Shown here piece by piece: positions 63,882-64,000 of a stretch of DNA of 64,000 nt (its first letter is position 1; the number at the start of each line of letters is the position of its first letter). The stretch covers positions 8,358 through 72,357 of the forward strand of contig JAHFSZ010000002.1 of the NCBI GenBank assembly GCA_023265515.1, written 5' to 3'. The position numbers and the translations under genes were made by a program. This stretch comes from Verrucomicrobiota bacterium (GTDB lineage Bacteria; Verrucomicrobiota; Verrucomicrobiia; JABWAM01; JAHFSZ01). The notes under the pieces are model-generated. The model did not search any database. It was not told the origin of the DNA and worked only from the letters and a program-made list of their open reading frames with translations.

Positions 63882-63905
63882 CTTGGCGTCTTTGCGGCTT
63901 TGCGC
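63882..63905. repeat. octamer micro-array CTT(G/T)GCGN x3
   Basis: CTTGGCGT CTTTGCGG CTTTGCGC in the intergenic gap. Confidence 0.5.
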
Positions 63906-63928
63906 GAGAAAAAATAAGCCGGTTTCGG

Positions 63929-64000
63929 CTAATATTTATTGATCTGGTCAATCAGCATCCGCAGGCGGCCATAATCACGCCGGTTGAACAGCATCTTGAT
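63929..64000 (-). CDS. 3' end of an unidentified gene (cut by window edge)
   Basis: Open minus frame IKMLFNRRDYGRLRMLIDQINKY*. Confidence 0.45.
   Translation of the reverse strand: MKMLFNRRDYGRLRMLIDQINKY

Overview
A GC-rich bacterial chromosomal segment, probably from the PVC superphylum (Verrucomicrobiota-like); this is inferred from gene content and order, not from a marker gene. I see no rRNA, tRNA, CRISPR array, IS element or prophage. From left to right it holds: a lysine/folate/His block (lysA end, dapF-dapA-dapB-folK, hisA, uvrD); a short AT-rich gap with DnaA boxes laid out like a replication-origin unwinding element; tmk-holB-lptCAB-hprK-ptsH-fur; a five-gene minus-strand operon (TPR+GspE_N adaptor, PilB ATPase, an unusual 2x-repeat/HhH/roadblock protein, mglA, mglB); an uncalled 48-aa lipoprotein; metH; a mixed accessory block (orphan sugar-binding protein, GalT lacking its Zn cysteines, two paralogous exported proteins, thpR, a probably inactive hydrolase, two tandem clan GH-A glycosidases, a DCC1-LMF fusion); lipA, kdsA, ispDF, PIN/TRAM, mlaEFD; a ~19 kb respiratory supercluster; and a sugar kinase-MurQ fusion. 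The supercluster runs polyferredoxin, HEAT protein, Rieske, cytochrome b6 plus subunit IV, an octaheme cytochrome c with an inserted LysM domain, two cupredoxin-like proteins, heme O/A synthases, an A1-type aa3 oxidase, an ABC transporter, SCO and DUF420, and is headed by a perfect Rex/CRP-type palindrome. The strongest candidates for undescribed biology are the MglAB-PilB module and the b6f-like to aa3 chain with its LysM cytochrome. Heptamer micro-arrays and short duplications recur at gene junctions.
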